Positions 40,265 through 49,390 of a stretch of DNA of 64,000 nt are shown here, one piece after another; the first letter of the stretch is position 1, and every line of letters begins with the position of its first letter. Location of the stretch: contig CAZXWN010000013.1 of NCBI GenBank assembly GCA_964644695.1, forward strand, positions 1 through 64,000, written 5' to 3'. Below the pieces are notes generated by a model. The model searched no databases, was not told the origin of the DNA, and saw only the letters and a list, made by a program, of their open reading frames with translations. Position numbers and translations under genes: made by a program. This DNA comes from an uncultured bacterium (GTDB lineage Bacteria; UBP4; UBA4092).

Positions 40265-40279
40265 TCATCATAGATAATG

Positions 40280-40313
40280 AAAAAGCCCGCTGTTTAATGA
40301 CAGCGGGCTTTTT
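40280..40313. terminator. Bidirectional terminator
   Basis: AAAAAGCCCGCTGT..ACAGCGGGCTTTTT. Confidence 0.88.
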
Positions 40314-40332
40314 ATTTTTCAAATCAAAGTGA

Positions 40333-41892
40333 TTAAATAGGATGAACTTCAGGCCATTCCAGAGTAATCCCTAATTGGGTAAGGTTTTCCTGGTAAGTTT
40401 TGAGAAGTTGTTCCTTCTCACGGACTGCCTGAGGCGGCACTTCATATTGGAGACAGAAGGACGCCAACGCACCTGCAGATTCACCGATATTCCATTCAAC
40501 AGGGTGAAGACGATAGGACCCGTTAGTAATATGCGTTGTACCGATGTTCTTACAAGCCGGGATAAGGTTCGTGATTCGCTGAGGAATCAAAGCACCCAGG
40601 GGAATTTGGAAGGGACAACATCCAATATCAATATATGGATTGCCATTGGAAGCAGGGTGAAGGTCAATTCGGTATAGTCCGATACCTACAGAGTCTTTGA
40701 ACACTTCTGCTTTGCCATCAGGTCGAAGCGCAGAGGCCACATGCTGTTCAGTTACACGGAAGATGGGTTTAATTCGACGCGACTCCCGAATGTAGGGGTA
40801 CTGACATAATCCATCGGCCGTATCGGTCATATCTGGGCGAAGTCTCAATTCCGGATATCCAATGCCACCATCAGGACGGGGAGCCTCAGTCTGCATCCAG
40901 TACAACAGTGAGCGAGACAAATTCTTTGCCCGTTTAATTAATAACTCCTGTGTTGCTTCATCTTTGTCGATGAGATTGCCTTCCATGAAATCATTATGGG
41001 GCCAGTTCACCAGACAAACATCACTGGGGAAACAGTCTTCTTCGAAATTAGTTTTATCAATAACTCGACGATATTTCCAGAGGGGATATCCATCACCATC
41101 AAGACTATCAAATAGACAATACTTACGGGGCTGTAATGTTACAGGATGAGGATGCACCCATTGCAGCGGCTGTGCTTTTTTGAAATGGTCATATTCATCA
41201 GGCTTATCAATGACCCAGTTTTCATGGGGCCGATAATCCATAAAGAAGCAGACGGTGAAAGACTGAACAATTTCAGGGTCCGCTGTCGGAAGCGCATGAG
41301 GCTCACCGGTATCCGCCTGGGATTCAGACCCGGATACATATTCTGTCCCTGTGAGAGGAAGCAGGTCACCCAGTTCTGTGGCATCTAAAACAAACTCCGC
41401 AGAAACAGTCTGGGTTTTCCCATCGCGCAGGTCCAGGAAAGAGACGGACTCAACTTTATCTCCCTTTACTGTTGCTGAAACAGGCTTATGCTGGGTAAGA
41501 ATAGTCAACTGTCCACTGGATACAAAAGGAGCCAGCATTTGTTCAATCACGGCCAACCCCACACGAGGCTCATGACATACTTTCGATACATGGCCATTAC
41601 CTGGATTTAGCCGAGACTTCAATCTCGCATCACTGACCAAAGGATAATGAAGACGATAATACTGGCGGATACCATTCCGGAGACGACAATATGTTTCTGT
41701 TCCACCGAAGGATTCAATCCAAGGCTGTTCATCCGGGGCAGAAACTCCCTGAGAAGTCAGCTGACCACCGATCCATCGGCATTGCTCCGTTATAATAACA
41801 GTCTGACCCAGCCGGCAGGCAGATAATGCAGCGGCAACTCCACCCAGACTGCCCCCAGCGACCAGAACATCACAGTTTAATTCGCGTTTCAT
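40333..41892 (-). CDS. FAD-dependent oxidoreductase
   Basis: DVLVAGGSLGGVAAA, GGQLTSQG, DATELGD, YIRESRR, RLHPVEW. Confidence 0.88.
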   Translation of the reverse strand: MKRELNCDVLVAGGSLGGVAAALSACRLGQTVIITEQCRWIGGQLTSQGVSAPDEQPWIESFGGTETYCRLRNGIRQYYRLHYPLVSDARLKSRLNPGNGHVSKVCHEPRVGLAVIEQMLAPFVSSGQLTILTQHKPVSATVKGDKVESVSFLDLRDGKTQTVSAEFVLDATELGDLLPLTGTEYVSGSESQADTGEPHALPTADPEIVQSFTVCFFMDYRPHENWVIDKPDEYDHFKKAQPLQWVHPHPVTLQPRKYCLFDSLDGDGYPLWKYRRVIDKTNFEEDCFPSDVCLVNWPHNDFMEGNLIDKDEATQELLIKRAKNLSRSLLYWMQTEAPRPDGGIGYPELRLRPDMTDTADGLCQYPYIRESRRIKPIFRVTEQHVASALRPDGKAEVFKDSVGIGLYRIDLHPASNGNPYIDIGCCPFQIPLGALIPQRITNLIPACKNIGTTHITNGSYRLHPVEWNIGESAGALASFCLQYEVPPQAVREKEQLLKTYQENLTQLGITLEWPEVHPI

Positions 41893-42054
41893 CTTTAAAT
41901 CTCCTCTCGGAAAATCAGTATAACAAAACCCTCCGTTCTGGGGTAGGTAATTAGTCCCATATTCAAGAACAGGATGCCTGAACTGACTCAAACATAGTAC
42001 TGTGTTATATTAAAAATCATTCACTGCGAGGATTGGCAAGGAGCCTTTATTATT

Positions 42055-42846
42055 ATGGAAAAGCATTTAGAAGTTGCCTTAGAAGTAGCCCGTGAAGCCG
42101 GGAAAATCCAGATGAAGAATCTAGGTAAGGTCATCAAAATTGGATATAAGGGTGACGGAAAAACCAATGTTGTCACGGAAGTTGATAAGAAATGTGAAGC
42201 CTATATTGTGAAGCAACTCAAGAAGGCTTTCCCTGACTATGCTTTTTTGGCTGAGGAAGGTACCGAGATTGATTCCAAGACACCCTATAAGTGGGTGATA
42301 GACCCTCTGGATGCAACTGTAAATTATTCCCATGCTCATCCAGTGTTTGCTGTTTCCATTGGTTTGGAATATAAGGGGCAGGTTATTGCGGGTGCGTGTT
42401 ATGGCCCGATGCTGGACGAGATGTATTGGGCAGAAAAAGGCAAAGGCGCCAAACTCAATGGGAAAAAGATATCTGTTTCAGGCACAAAGGAATTAGAAAC
42501 CTCTCTTTTATGTACAGGTTTTGCGTATGACATCCAGACCAGCCAGTGCAATAATCTGGATAACTTCAACCGACTCATGATGGAAGCCCAGGCCGTACGA
42601 AGAGATGGGTCGGCTGTATTGGACTTATGTTATGTTGCCTGTGGCCGATATGACGGTTTCTGGGAAATTATATTGCAACCGTGGGATGTTGCGGCGGCAA
42701 CACTCATAGTACAGGAAGCTGGAGGAAAGGTTACCCGGTTTGACGGGTCCAAGTATTCCATCTATAAGACTCAGACGTTAGCCAGTAACGGGAAAATCCA
42801 TAAACAAATTATGCGTGTTTTAAAGGATGTTGCGGATGGTCACTAA
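42055..42846 (+). CDS. suhB: Inositol monophosphatase
   Basis: VTEVD, AEE, IDPLDATVN, RRDGSA, PWDVAA. Confidence 0.92.
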   Translation: MEKHLEVALEVAREAGKIQMKNLGKVIKIGYKGDGKTNVVTEVDKKCEAYIVKQLKKAFPDYAFLAEEGTEIDSKTPYKWVIDPLDATVNYSHAHPVFAVSIGLEYKGQVIAGACYGPMLDEMYWAEKGKGAKLNGKKISVSGTKELETSLLCTGFAYDIQTSQCNNLDNFNRLMMEAQAVRRDGSAVLDLCYVACGRYDGFWEIILQPWDVAAATLIVQEAGGKVTRFDGSKYSIYKTQTLASNGKIHKQIMRVLKDVADGH

Positions 42847-43600
42847 ACGAAGTCTATTTGAAAGACACCCTGAATTATATGATGCCATGGTTCCATGGCC
42901 AAACCGACTGGCCCGGGAGATCCCTTTTCTAAAGAAGCAGCTGGAAGCTGTAGAAGCTCATCGGATATTGGATGCCGGCTGTGGTCCAGGCCGCCATATC
43001 ATTGAGCTGGCTCAAGAGGGATATGAAGTCATTGGGTTAGACATCAGTACGCCGATGGTGAAAATAGCCAAAGAGAATGCCAAACAATCGGGCGTTTCAG
43101 CGACATTCAAGTCAGCGGATTTATTAAACCTTCATCAGGCCATCAAAAAGAATGTGGATGCGGTGTTTGTTTTGGGAAACACTCTTTCGTCTCTTCCAGA
43201 CCCGTCTTCTGTATCCGTGTTTTTCCAACGAGCGGCATCTGTTTTGAATCCCGGCGGAATCCTAGTCGTTCAGGTATTAAATCATGACCGATGGAAACCC
43301 CAGGGAATATTTGATTACCCACCGAGACAGTTCACATGGCAGGATTACACCGGATATCTTCTTCGGCATTTCGAATGGCTCACTAACAAGGTAGAGATGA
43401 CCACAGCCCTGATGTATCAGAAAGATGGGGAATGGTCTCAAGAATTTAATCGACATTATCAACTGGCCCTGAATACAAAGTTACTGGAAGCAATGTTGAA
43501 AACAGCAGGTTATTCCTCTGTTAAATTCATGGGTGGAATGGATGCGTCTAAGTTCAATCCAAAGACATCCAACGATTTAGTTCTTATTGCACAGAAGTAA
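42836..43600 (+). CDS. Class I SAM-dependent methyltransferase
   Basis: ILDAGCGPG, GLDIS, LNPGG; overlaps suhB end. Confidence 0.88.
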   Translation: MVTKRSLFERHPELYDAMVPWPNRLAREIPFLKKQLEAVEAHRILDAGCGPGRHIIELAQEGYEVIGLDISTPMVKIAKENAKQSGVSATFKSADLLNLHQAIKKNVDAVFVLGNTLSSLPDPSSVSVFFQRAASVLNPGGILVVQVLNHDRWKPQGIFDYPPRQFTWQDYTGYLLRHFEWLTNKVEMTTALMYQKDGEWSQEFNRHYQLALNTKLLEAMLKTAGYSSVKFMGGMDASKFNPKTSNDLVLIAQK

Positions 43601-43622
43601 AACCTTACTTATCTCCTGACAT

Positions 43623-43661
43623 AAAAAAACCGGGATTGCGGAAGTGACTCGACAATCCCGG
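43623..43661 (-). terminator. Intrinsic terminator
   Basis: CCGGGATTG..CAATCCCGG hairpin with T-run on minus strand. Confidence 0.75.
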
Positions 43662-43681
43662 GAAAAAGGAGAACGACTTTG

Positions 43682-44386
43682 TTAGTCGTTTTCAGGGGTT
43701 GGGGGCGGAGTGGGGGGATTGCCTCTCTGTCCTTTAAGTCCCTGTTTGTTGCCCATGCCTTTACCGGCATTGGGATTCATTGCGTTTCTCCAAAGGGGTT
43801 TACCTTCGTCGTCGCGAAGCTTATAAACTTTACCGTTTGCTTTCACATCTTTAGCGATGAAAATTTCCATCCCACTGCGTCTAGCTTCAATCTTGGCAGC
43901 GGTTACTTGAATCTTATCGCCTTTTTTCAGATCCAGACCGATTTTATCCAGATACTTATCCGGACCGAGAGCAACTCTCGCATCACCCTTAGCCGTTTTC
44001 AGTACCATGTGCATCGTGTCCATGGGACCCATCATACCGGGGCGCTGCCCCATACGGCCGTTCATCATACCAGGCTGATTATTATCTTTGTCTTGAGTAC
44101 GGCCTTTCATATTTCGGCCCGGTTGACCTTGTTCCTTACCAGGTCTTTGCATGTCCTGGGGATTAAATTCTTTGACTTCAACCACAGTACCTTTTAAGGA
44201 AACCAGGTTTTCCTTATTAAAACTTTTTGCCATTCTTTTCTGCATTTCCTGCATGCGTTGTCCACGCAGGCCCTGCCCCCTGCCATCAGCCCCTTCGGGT
44301 CCGGGACCTGGTTGAGCGAACACACTGCTGGTCAATGCCATTGTGGCAACCAGTAAGGTGGTGATTAAAACGTTATTCTTTTTCAT
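43682..44386 (-). CDS. Exported Gly/Met-rich protein with OB-fold-like domain
   Basis: Signal peptide; VALGPDKYL..LKKGDKIQV..LRDDEGKPLW. Confidence 0.68.
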   Translation of the reverse strand: MKKNNVLITTLLVATMALTSSVFAQPGPGPEGADGRGQGLRGQRMQEMQKRMAKSFNKENLVSLKGTVVEVKEFNPQDMQRPGKEQGQPGRNMKGRTQDKDNNQPGMMNGRMGQRPGMMGPMDTMHMVLKTAKGDARVALGPDKYLDKIGLDLKKGDKIQVTAAKIEARRSGMEIFIAKDVKANGKVYKLRDDEGKPLWRNAMNPNAGKGMGNKQGLKGQRGNPPTPPPTPEND

Positions 44387-44497
44387 GGTGACCCTCCGTC
44401 TTGTCATTTATTTTCGACTTTTGAGACTCTTTTGAGTCTTTGATTGACTTTAGAACCTTGAGAGAATCCCGGGAGATCCTCAAGGGTGATAGCAAAC

Positions 44498-44737
44498 TTA
44501 TTTCTTGGTGTCAGCTTTTTTGACTTTTAATGTGTCTTCAGAAAACTGTTTGCATTCAGCTTTCTTAAAGCCTTTTTTGGCACCTTTTGCTTTAGCTTTG
44601 GGGCAGACAGCTTTATTGGCACATTTGGCTTTACCGCAGCAATTTGCTGTAGTGGATGCAGACTGAGCAAAAGCGCTGCCTGCAAACATTAAGGACATAG
44701 AAAGCATTGTGATTACCAATAAATTTGTTTTTTTCAT
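44498..44737 (-). CDS. Small secreted Lys/Cys-rich protein
   Basis: Signal peptide ending AFA; 5 Cys; co-oriented with downstream exported protein. Confidence 0.65.
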   Translation of the reverse strand: MKKTNLLVITMLSMSLMFAGSAFAQSASTTANCCGKAKCANKAVCPKAKAKGAKKGFKKAECKQFSEDTLKVKKADTKK

Positions 44738-44877
44738 TTTTTTCGTTCCTTTTCTCGTCGTACTCTACGAAACAATAGGTTTTGTGGTTCACTAGCCTCC
44801 AGTGGCGCCCGGGACGTCATTCGGGGTTAACTGAATCATTTGAGCGTCACAATTAAATGTGTCGCTTCAATAAAATA

Positions 44878-44904
44878 TGACGACCCCATGTTTCAGTTTG
44901 TTCC
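44878..44904 (-). promoter_or_regulatory. Possible ECF-sigma promoter (GGAAC-N17-CGTCA)
   Basis: Sequence match upstream of two exported-protein genes. Confidence 0.4.
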
Positions 44905-45006
44905 CAATTATTATTCACAGGGAACTAACTTTATTCATATCAACAAATTAATAAGACAAAATCCAGGTCTGGTAAAATGAATAACAGGATCAATGAGGAA
45001 ATTTCC

Positions 45007-45825
45007 ATGAATCAGAATAAAGATATTATTCAACAGAAACATACTCGACTTAAAAGCCTGCTTCAAGAGATGGGGAGTTGTTTGATTGCCTTGTCAGGTG
45101 GGGTAGATTCCGTATTTTTGATGCGGGTAGCTCATGAAGTGTTGGGACAGAAGGCTGTTGGTGTGACGTGTGATTCGCCATCCATGCCCCGGGAAGAGTT
45201 GGAGCTGGCTATCCAGTTATCCAAAGAGATTGGATTTCGCCATCGAATCGTAGAAACCCATGAAATTGAGCAGGAAGATTATGCGGCAAATCCATCCAAT
45301 CGGTGTTATTTCTGCCGTCAGGTCATGTTTCATACTCTCAAAAAGATAGCTTTAGAAGAGAATTGTCCGGTGATATGTGATGGGTATAATTATTCTGACC
45401 AGGGAGATTATCGTCCAGGCCGTCAAGCCGCAAAGGAACACGATGTCCGGTCGCCGTTATATGAGGCCGAATTAACCAAGGCTGAAGTTCGGGTATTGTC
45501 CCATGAATACGGTCTTCCGAACTGGGACCGGCCGGCGGCAGCCTGTTTATCCTCCCGGATACCGTATGGCTCGCGGGTAACAGTGGATAAGCTCCGGCAA
45601 ATCGAGGAATCCGAGACCTATCTACGGTCTTTAGGGTTGAGACAGGTTCGCGTACGGCATCATGGGCAAGTTGCTCGAATTGAGACAGACCCAAAAGAGT
45701 TTTCCGTATTATTAACAGGAGAGAATCCAGAGAAGATTACCTCTCGGCTGAAAGAGATTGGTTTTTTATTTGTGACATTGGATTTATTGGGATATAGGAC
45801 AGGGTCATTAAACGAGGAACTGTAA
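45007..45825 (+). CDS. larE: ATP-dependent sulfur transferase LarE family
   Basis: PP-loop SGGVDS, RCYFC, DYRPG, ACLSSRIPYG, RVRHH. Confidence 0.92.
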   Translation: MNQNKDIIQQKHTRLKSLLQEMGSCLIALSGGVDSVFLMRVAHEVLGQKAVGVTCDSPSMPREELELAIQLSKEIGFRHRIVETHEIEQEDYAANPSNRCYFCRQVMFHTLKKIALEENCPVICDGYNYSDQGDYRPGRQAAKEHDVRSPLYEAELTKAEVRVLSHEYGLPNWDRPAAACLSSRIPYGSRVTVDKLRQIEESETYLRSLGLRQVRVRHHGQVARIETDPKEFSVLLTGENPEKITSRLKEIGFLFVTLDLLGYRTGSLNEEL

Positions 45826-45830
45826 TATCG

Positions 45831-46185
45831 ATAGGTCCAATGGGTCTTATAGGTCCTATGGGTCCGATAGGAATGGGATAAGAAGGATTGAAGGGGTTGG
45901 AAGAACTAACCACCCCGGCTGAGGAACGCCACCCCTCCTTGAAAAGGCGGGGAGCTTAAGAACAGAGCAAGGACAGGAAAAGGGCAAAGACTGAAGAGAG
46001 GGGGGAATAGGTCTAATGGGTCTTATAGGTCCTATGGGTCCGATAGGAATGGGATAAGAAAGATTAGGGGGATTAGAAAGGGCTAACCACCCCCCGGCTT
46101 CGCCGGACCCCTCCTTGAAAAGGCGGGGAGCTTAAGAACAGGGTAAGGAGTGAATCAGGGGGACTAAGGGCAGGGAAAAGAAAAA
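45831..46185 (+). repeat. Composite repeat cluster 2: two tandem ~176-bp units (9-bp array + double-hairpin element + purine-rich linker)
   Basis: Units start at 45831 and 46007; hairpin element 46082-46131 is identical to 1932-1981. Confidence 0.9.
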
Positions 46186-46230
46186 GAGGCGCCGCGGACG
46201 CCTCCAACAATCACTTTTCACCGACCAGGG

Positions 46231-46575
46231 TTAGGCCATATTCGGTGGGGTCGTGATACTCGTGGGTTCAGTTCCTGCGTGACCCTTCATGTATTCCACA
46301 TAAGCGCCGACATACAGGTTGTACCCGGACTGTTTCAGCTCGTTATCTGCACAGTATTGATTCCAGCCATCTTTGGTGGTCTGGTTTTGCTGTTTCCAGG
46401 ACGCGACCGCCATTTGGAAATAACTGCGGACGGTCGTCTGGAGTGCAGTAGGTGCAATCGTAGATTTCACATACTTACGAGCGACATCTACACCTTTCCA
46501 CCGATAAAAGACAATAGAACTGCCAAACTTACCACTGGCTGCTATTGAAAACAGGGGATTTTGTACAACTGCCAT
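46231..46575 (-). CDS. Small basic hypothetical protein (DUF6266-like / virus-like N-terminus)
   Basis: SD AAAGGAGG; PLFSIAASGKFG..VFYRWKG..R..Q..R..F..AV..W pattern. Confidence 0.68.
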   Translation of the reverse strand: MAVVQNPLFSIAASGKFGSSIVFYRWKGVDVARKYVKSTIAPTALQTTVRSYFQMAVASWKQQNQTTKDGWNQYCADNELKQSGYNLYVGAYVEYMKGHAGTEPTSITTPPNMA

Positions 46576-46712
46576 TCTACATTCCTCCTTTCTCCGGAGA
46601 GGATTTATCCGACTGTCGCGACAGCTTCGATCAGGGCCTCCGGTTGCCTGATGAATCTATCATCCCCCATTCTCAGAGACCGGAGTGTCCACACGTTGGG
46701 TCAAATAAACAA

Positions 46713-46746
46713 CACCCCCACGACATCAAGATGTGTTGTGGGGGTG
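46713..46746 (-). terminator. Hairpin/terminator after KAP NTPase
   Basis: CACCCCCAC..GTGGGGGTG, T-rich tail on minus strand. Confidence 0.65.
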
Positions 46747-46768
46747 AGTGAAACTTTTCTATTAACTA

Positions 46769-48070
46769 TTACTTGATAAATAGTGAATAATACAAATCTA
46801 AGTTATTGGAATTGGAAATCAATCGTGGATCAGTATAGTCTTTTCGCTTAAACGAAGAATTCATCACAGATAGTGTCTTATGATTCTGCTTATTGAATAA
46901 ATAATGCATGAACCCCACATAGTATCCTTGGAATTTTCCGCTAAAATCCTCGTGTGACGGCACAATATATTCTTGATTGAGTTTCTTTTCATAAATCCAA
47001 ATATATAATTCCGGGTTAAATACTCTTATGGTTTCAATCAGAATATAATCAACAGGATGAACTATTAATTTATTGTCCTTAATAAATAACGCTATGTTTA
47101 TCGAAAGGGTATTAAGGAAGCGTTTTACATCACGATAATTATTAAATAGTGGTCCTATGAGACGCATAGACTCTCCTAAAACTTCTGGGGGTAATTCTGA
47201 GGATATTCCATGTTTCTCAAATATGTTCTTAATATTATTTTCTAAATATTTGTGAATGATAGTCGTGTTAGCCATGGGGACATCAAAAGGAATCTGTATA
47301 ATTTTATTCAGATAGGATTGCCCATTTATATTTTCACCGGGGATTTCCAGTGCTTTTTCAACGATGTCTTTCTGGAACATTAATAAATATACAAACTTCG
47401 GAAAATCAGCATTTGCTTTGATCAGTTGAAACATCATTCGGATTTGGTCCGGAGGAAGCCGGTCAATATCATCAATAATGATGAGATATTTTTCTCTATC
47501 CTTTAATGAGGCTTTTATTTCATTCTTTATATCGTTTAAACTTTTATTGCTTTCTTGGTTATCAGATAATTCCGCACCGGCTTCTAGAGCCCGAGCAATA
47601 TTTTCTGTTCCTGTTGAAACGCTATCCAATATTGTGCCAGTGCCTGGAGCAACCCATTGAGAGAGTGGTGCAATTGCTTTCATACAGGATGAGCTAAAGG
47701 TAAGTACTTTGCCATATAATTTAAATTTCTTAGAAAGTGGTTCATTCTGTTCTTCGAAACCAATACCAATCTCTCTGAAGAAGGCTTCCATTAATTCTTT
47801 TTGACCGGACCAATACCAGGGATTAAATTCAATGGGAACAACAGTCTTGTTATCTTGGGACTTAATAGATTCAACAACCATGTTTTTAATGGAGGTTTTC
47901 CCGGATCCCCATTCCCCATATAAAGCAATAACCAAGCTATCAGAACCATCCCAGTAACCAATCGCTTTTGCAAGATTTTCTGCAAACTCGCTACGATGCA
48001 ATGAATCTTCATTGATATGTTCTATTGGTCTATCAATATTGTAAAAAGTATTTGTGGATGAATCGGTCAT
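46769..48070 (-). CDS. KAP family P-loop NTPase
   Basis: DRPI..DSLHR, GEWGSGKT, FNPW, IIDDIDR, YLNKIIQ, RDVKRFLN; AT-rich. Confidence 0.92.
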   Translation of the reverse strand: MTDSSTNTFYNIDRPIEHINEDSLHRSEFAENLAKAIGYWDGSDSLVIALYGEWGSGKTSIKNMVVESIKSQDNKTVVPIEFNPWYWSGQKELMEAFFREIGIGFEEQNEPLSKKFKLYGKVLTFSSSCMKAIAPLSQWVAPGTGTILDSVSTGTENIARALEAGAELSDNQESNKSLNDIKNEIKASLKDREKYLIIIDDIDRLPPDQIRMMFQLIKANADFPKFVYLLMFQKDIVEKALEIPGENINGQSYLNKIIQIPFDVPMANTTIIHKYLENNIKNIFEKHGISSELPPEVLGESMRLIGPLFNNYRDVKRFLNTLSINIALFIKDNKLIVHPVDYILIETIRVFNPELYIWIYEKKLNQEYIVPSHEDFSGKFQGYYVGFMHYLFNKQNHKTLSVMNSSFKRKDYTDPRLISNSNNLDLYYSLFIK

Positions 48071-48103
48071 TAAGGTGCCCTGCCTTTTTATTTATCCCCT
48101 GAA

Positions 48104-48475
48104 TTATAAATCTTTTAGGAAGAGAAGGATTCTTTTTTTATCTTCATTTTCTTTATCCGATTTAAAATATATTTCAAGAAAGATGACCTTGAGGCTCTGG
48201 GGGCAATAGGCATAGATAATACGGATGCCACTTTTCACACCTTTTCCAGGCAACGATTTACAGGCAAACTTTTTAAGCTTGAAGATTTGGATATTTTGGG
48301 TGGTCAGGTGAGGAATTTCAAAGACGCTCTGGTTATCTATGTTGTGAATGTGATACAGTTCAATGGCATTTTTTCGAGCTGTTATTAAATCATCTTCCAG
48401 AGTTGGGAATCGTTTCAGGAGTTTCTTCAGGTCCTTATCAAATTCAGGTATGTTTTGATAATGAATTGGATTCAT
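48104..48475 (-). CDS. RelE/ParE-like type II toxin
   Basis: EFDKDLKKLLKRF, GKGVKSGIRIIY, EIYFKSD; 1-nt overlap with antitoxin. Confidence 0.78.
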   Translation of the reverse strand: MNPIHYQNIPEFDKDLKKLLKRFPTLEDDLITARKNAIELYHIHNIDNQSVFEIPHLTTQNIQIFKLKKFACKSLPGKGVKSGIRIIYAYCPQSLKVIFLEIYFKSDKENEDKKRILLFLKDL

Positions 48476-49251
48476 TAATCTTCCTTATAACTCCTGACGG
48501 AAGTCGCTGATGTCCGATAGAAGACAGCTTCATAGTCGATTTTATGTCCATCTTCAGCGGTAATCCATGGAACATCTTCATGGGAAATACTACTGAGTTC
48601 CTTGGCACTTTTGTCCCCGAATCGTTCCAAGACTTCGTCGATATGTTTTATTTCCTGAGCGGATAGCACAGATAAATCAGGTTCACGAAGGGGAAGGTAT
48701 TTTTTTTGGTCATACCCAAAATGTTTATTTTTAATTTCAGTTATTTCTTCCTTCTGAATCATTTTGTCGACAAAATATTTAAATTCCCGGGGAGTAGGTC
48801 CGTGATGGTTTTTGATATACTGAATCCCCATGATTTGTTCTTCATATTTCTCATAATAATCAAAGTCGATGAAGTATAAGAGTTTATATAAAACAGTTTG
48901 ACCTACATTGGGTTTAGCACCGACTTTGTTAAGAATATAGAGGAGAACTTCATTGAATTTCTTCTGATTTTTCTGGGGGACACTGATACGCAGGATAGGG
49001 GCAGGATTGGAATCCTTTTTTCTATCTGATTCAATGATGATTTGAGGAGTGCTTTTTTTTCCATCAAGAAGTTCACTAATGGTAATTCCATATATTTCTG
49101 CCAAAATGCCAGCATGAGAAAGAGTTATTTCACTTTCTCCTTTTTCAATAGCATCATAGGTCGGCCTGGAAACTGCAAGTTTCTTTGCAATATCTGCCTG
49201 TGAATATTTATTTTCGATTCTTAAACTTTTGATAAATTCACCTCGGAACAT
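48475..49251 (-). CDS. XRE-HTH + DUF4065 (SocA/Panacea) antitoxin
   Basis: N-terminal HTH (SQADIA..VSRPTY..IEKG); LYKLLYFIDF, HGPTP, ELSSISHEDVPW. Confidence 0.88.
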   Translation of the reverse strand: MFRGEFIKSLRIENKYSQADIAKKLAVSRPTYDAIEKGESEITLSHAGILAEIYGITISELLDGKKSTPQIIIESDRKKDSNPAPILRISVPQKNQKKFNEVLLYILNKVGAKPNVGQTVLYKLLYFIDFDYYEKYEEQIMGIQYIKNHHGPTPREFKYFVDKMIQKEEITEIKNKHFGYDQKKYLPLREPDLSVLSAQEIKHIDEVLERFGDKSAKELSSISHEDVPWITAEDGHKIDYEAVFYRTSATSVRSYKED

Positions 49252-49287
49252 ATCAACCCCACCTTCCTTCCATTTAATATCAGTATA

Positions 49288-49334
49288 TTATATGTAAATA
49301 AATATTACAAGTTATATGTAAACATTATTTACAA
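49288..49334 (-). promoter_or_regulatory. Tandem palindromic operators overlapping the antitoxin promoter
   Basis: TTATATGTAAATAAATATTACAA and TTATATGTAAACATTATTTACAA, 24-bp period; minus-strand TTGTAA-17-TATACT. Confidence 0.7.
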
Positions 49335-49390
49335 TCTGGATATAAGACAGGTTGGTTTACAGGAGGGGAGAAAGTGGGGTGAGGGAGGGA

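Noticed and set aside
43682-44386. Magnetosome gene call (MamS/MamX-like domain resemblance)
   Set aside because: The resemblance is weak, similar domains occur in non-magnetotactic bacteria, and no other mam genes are present.
32798-46575. Intact prophage
   Set aside because: No terminase, capsid, integrase or gene cluster; only two isolated small genes with tentative phage resemblance.
49281-49334. dif/pdif XerCD site
   Set aside because: Only superficial AT-rich similarity; better explained as tandem operators over a promoter.
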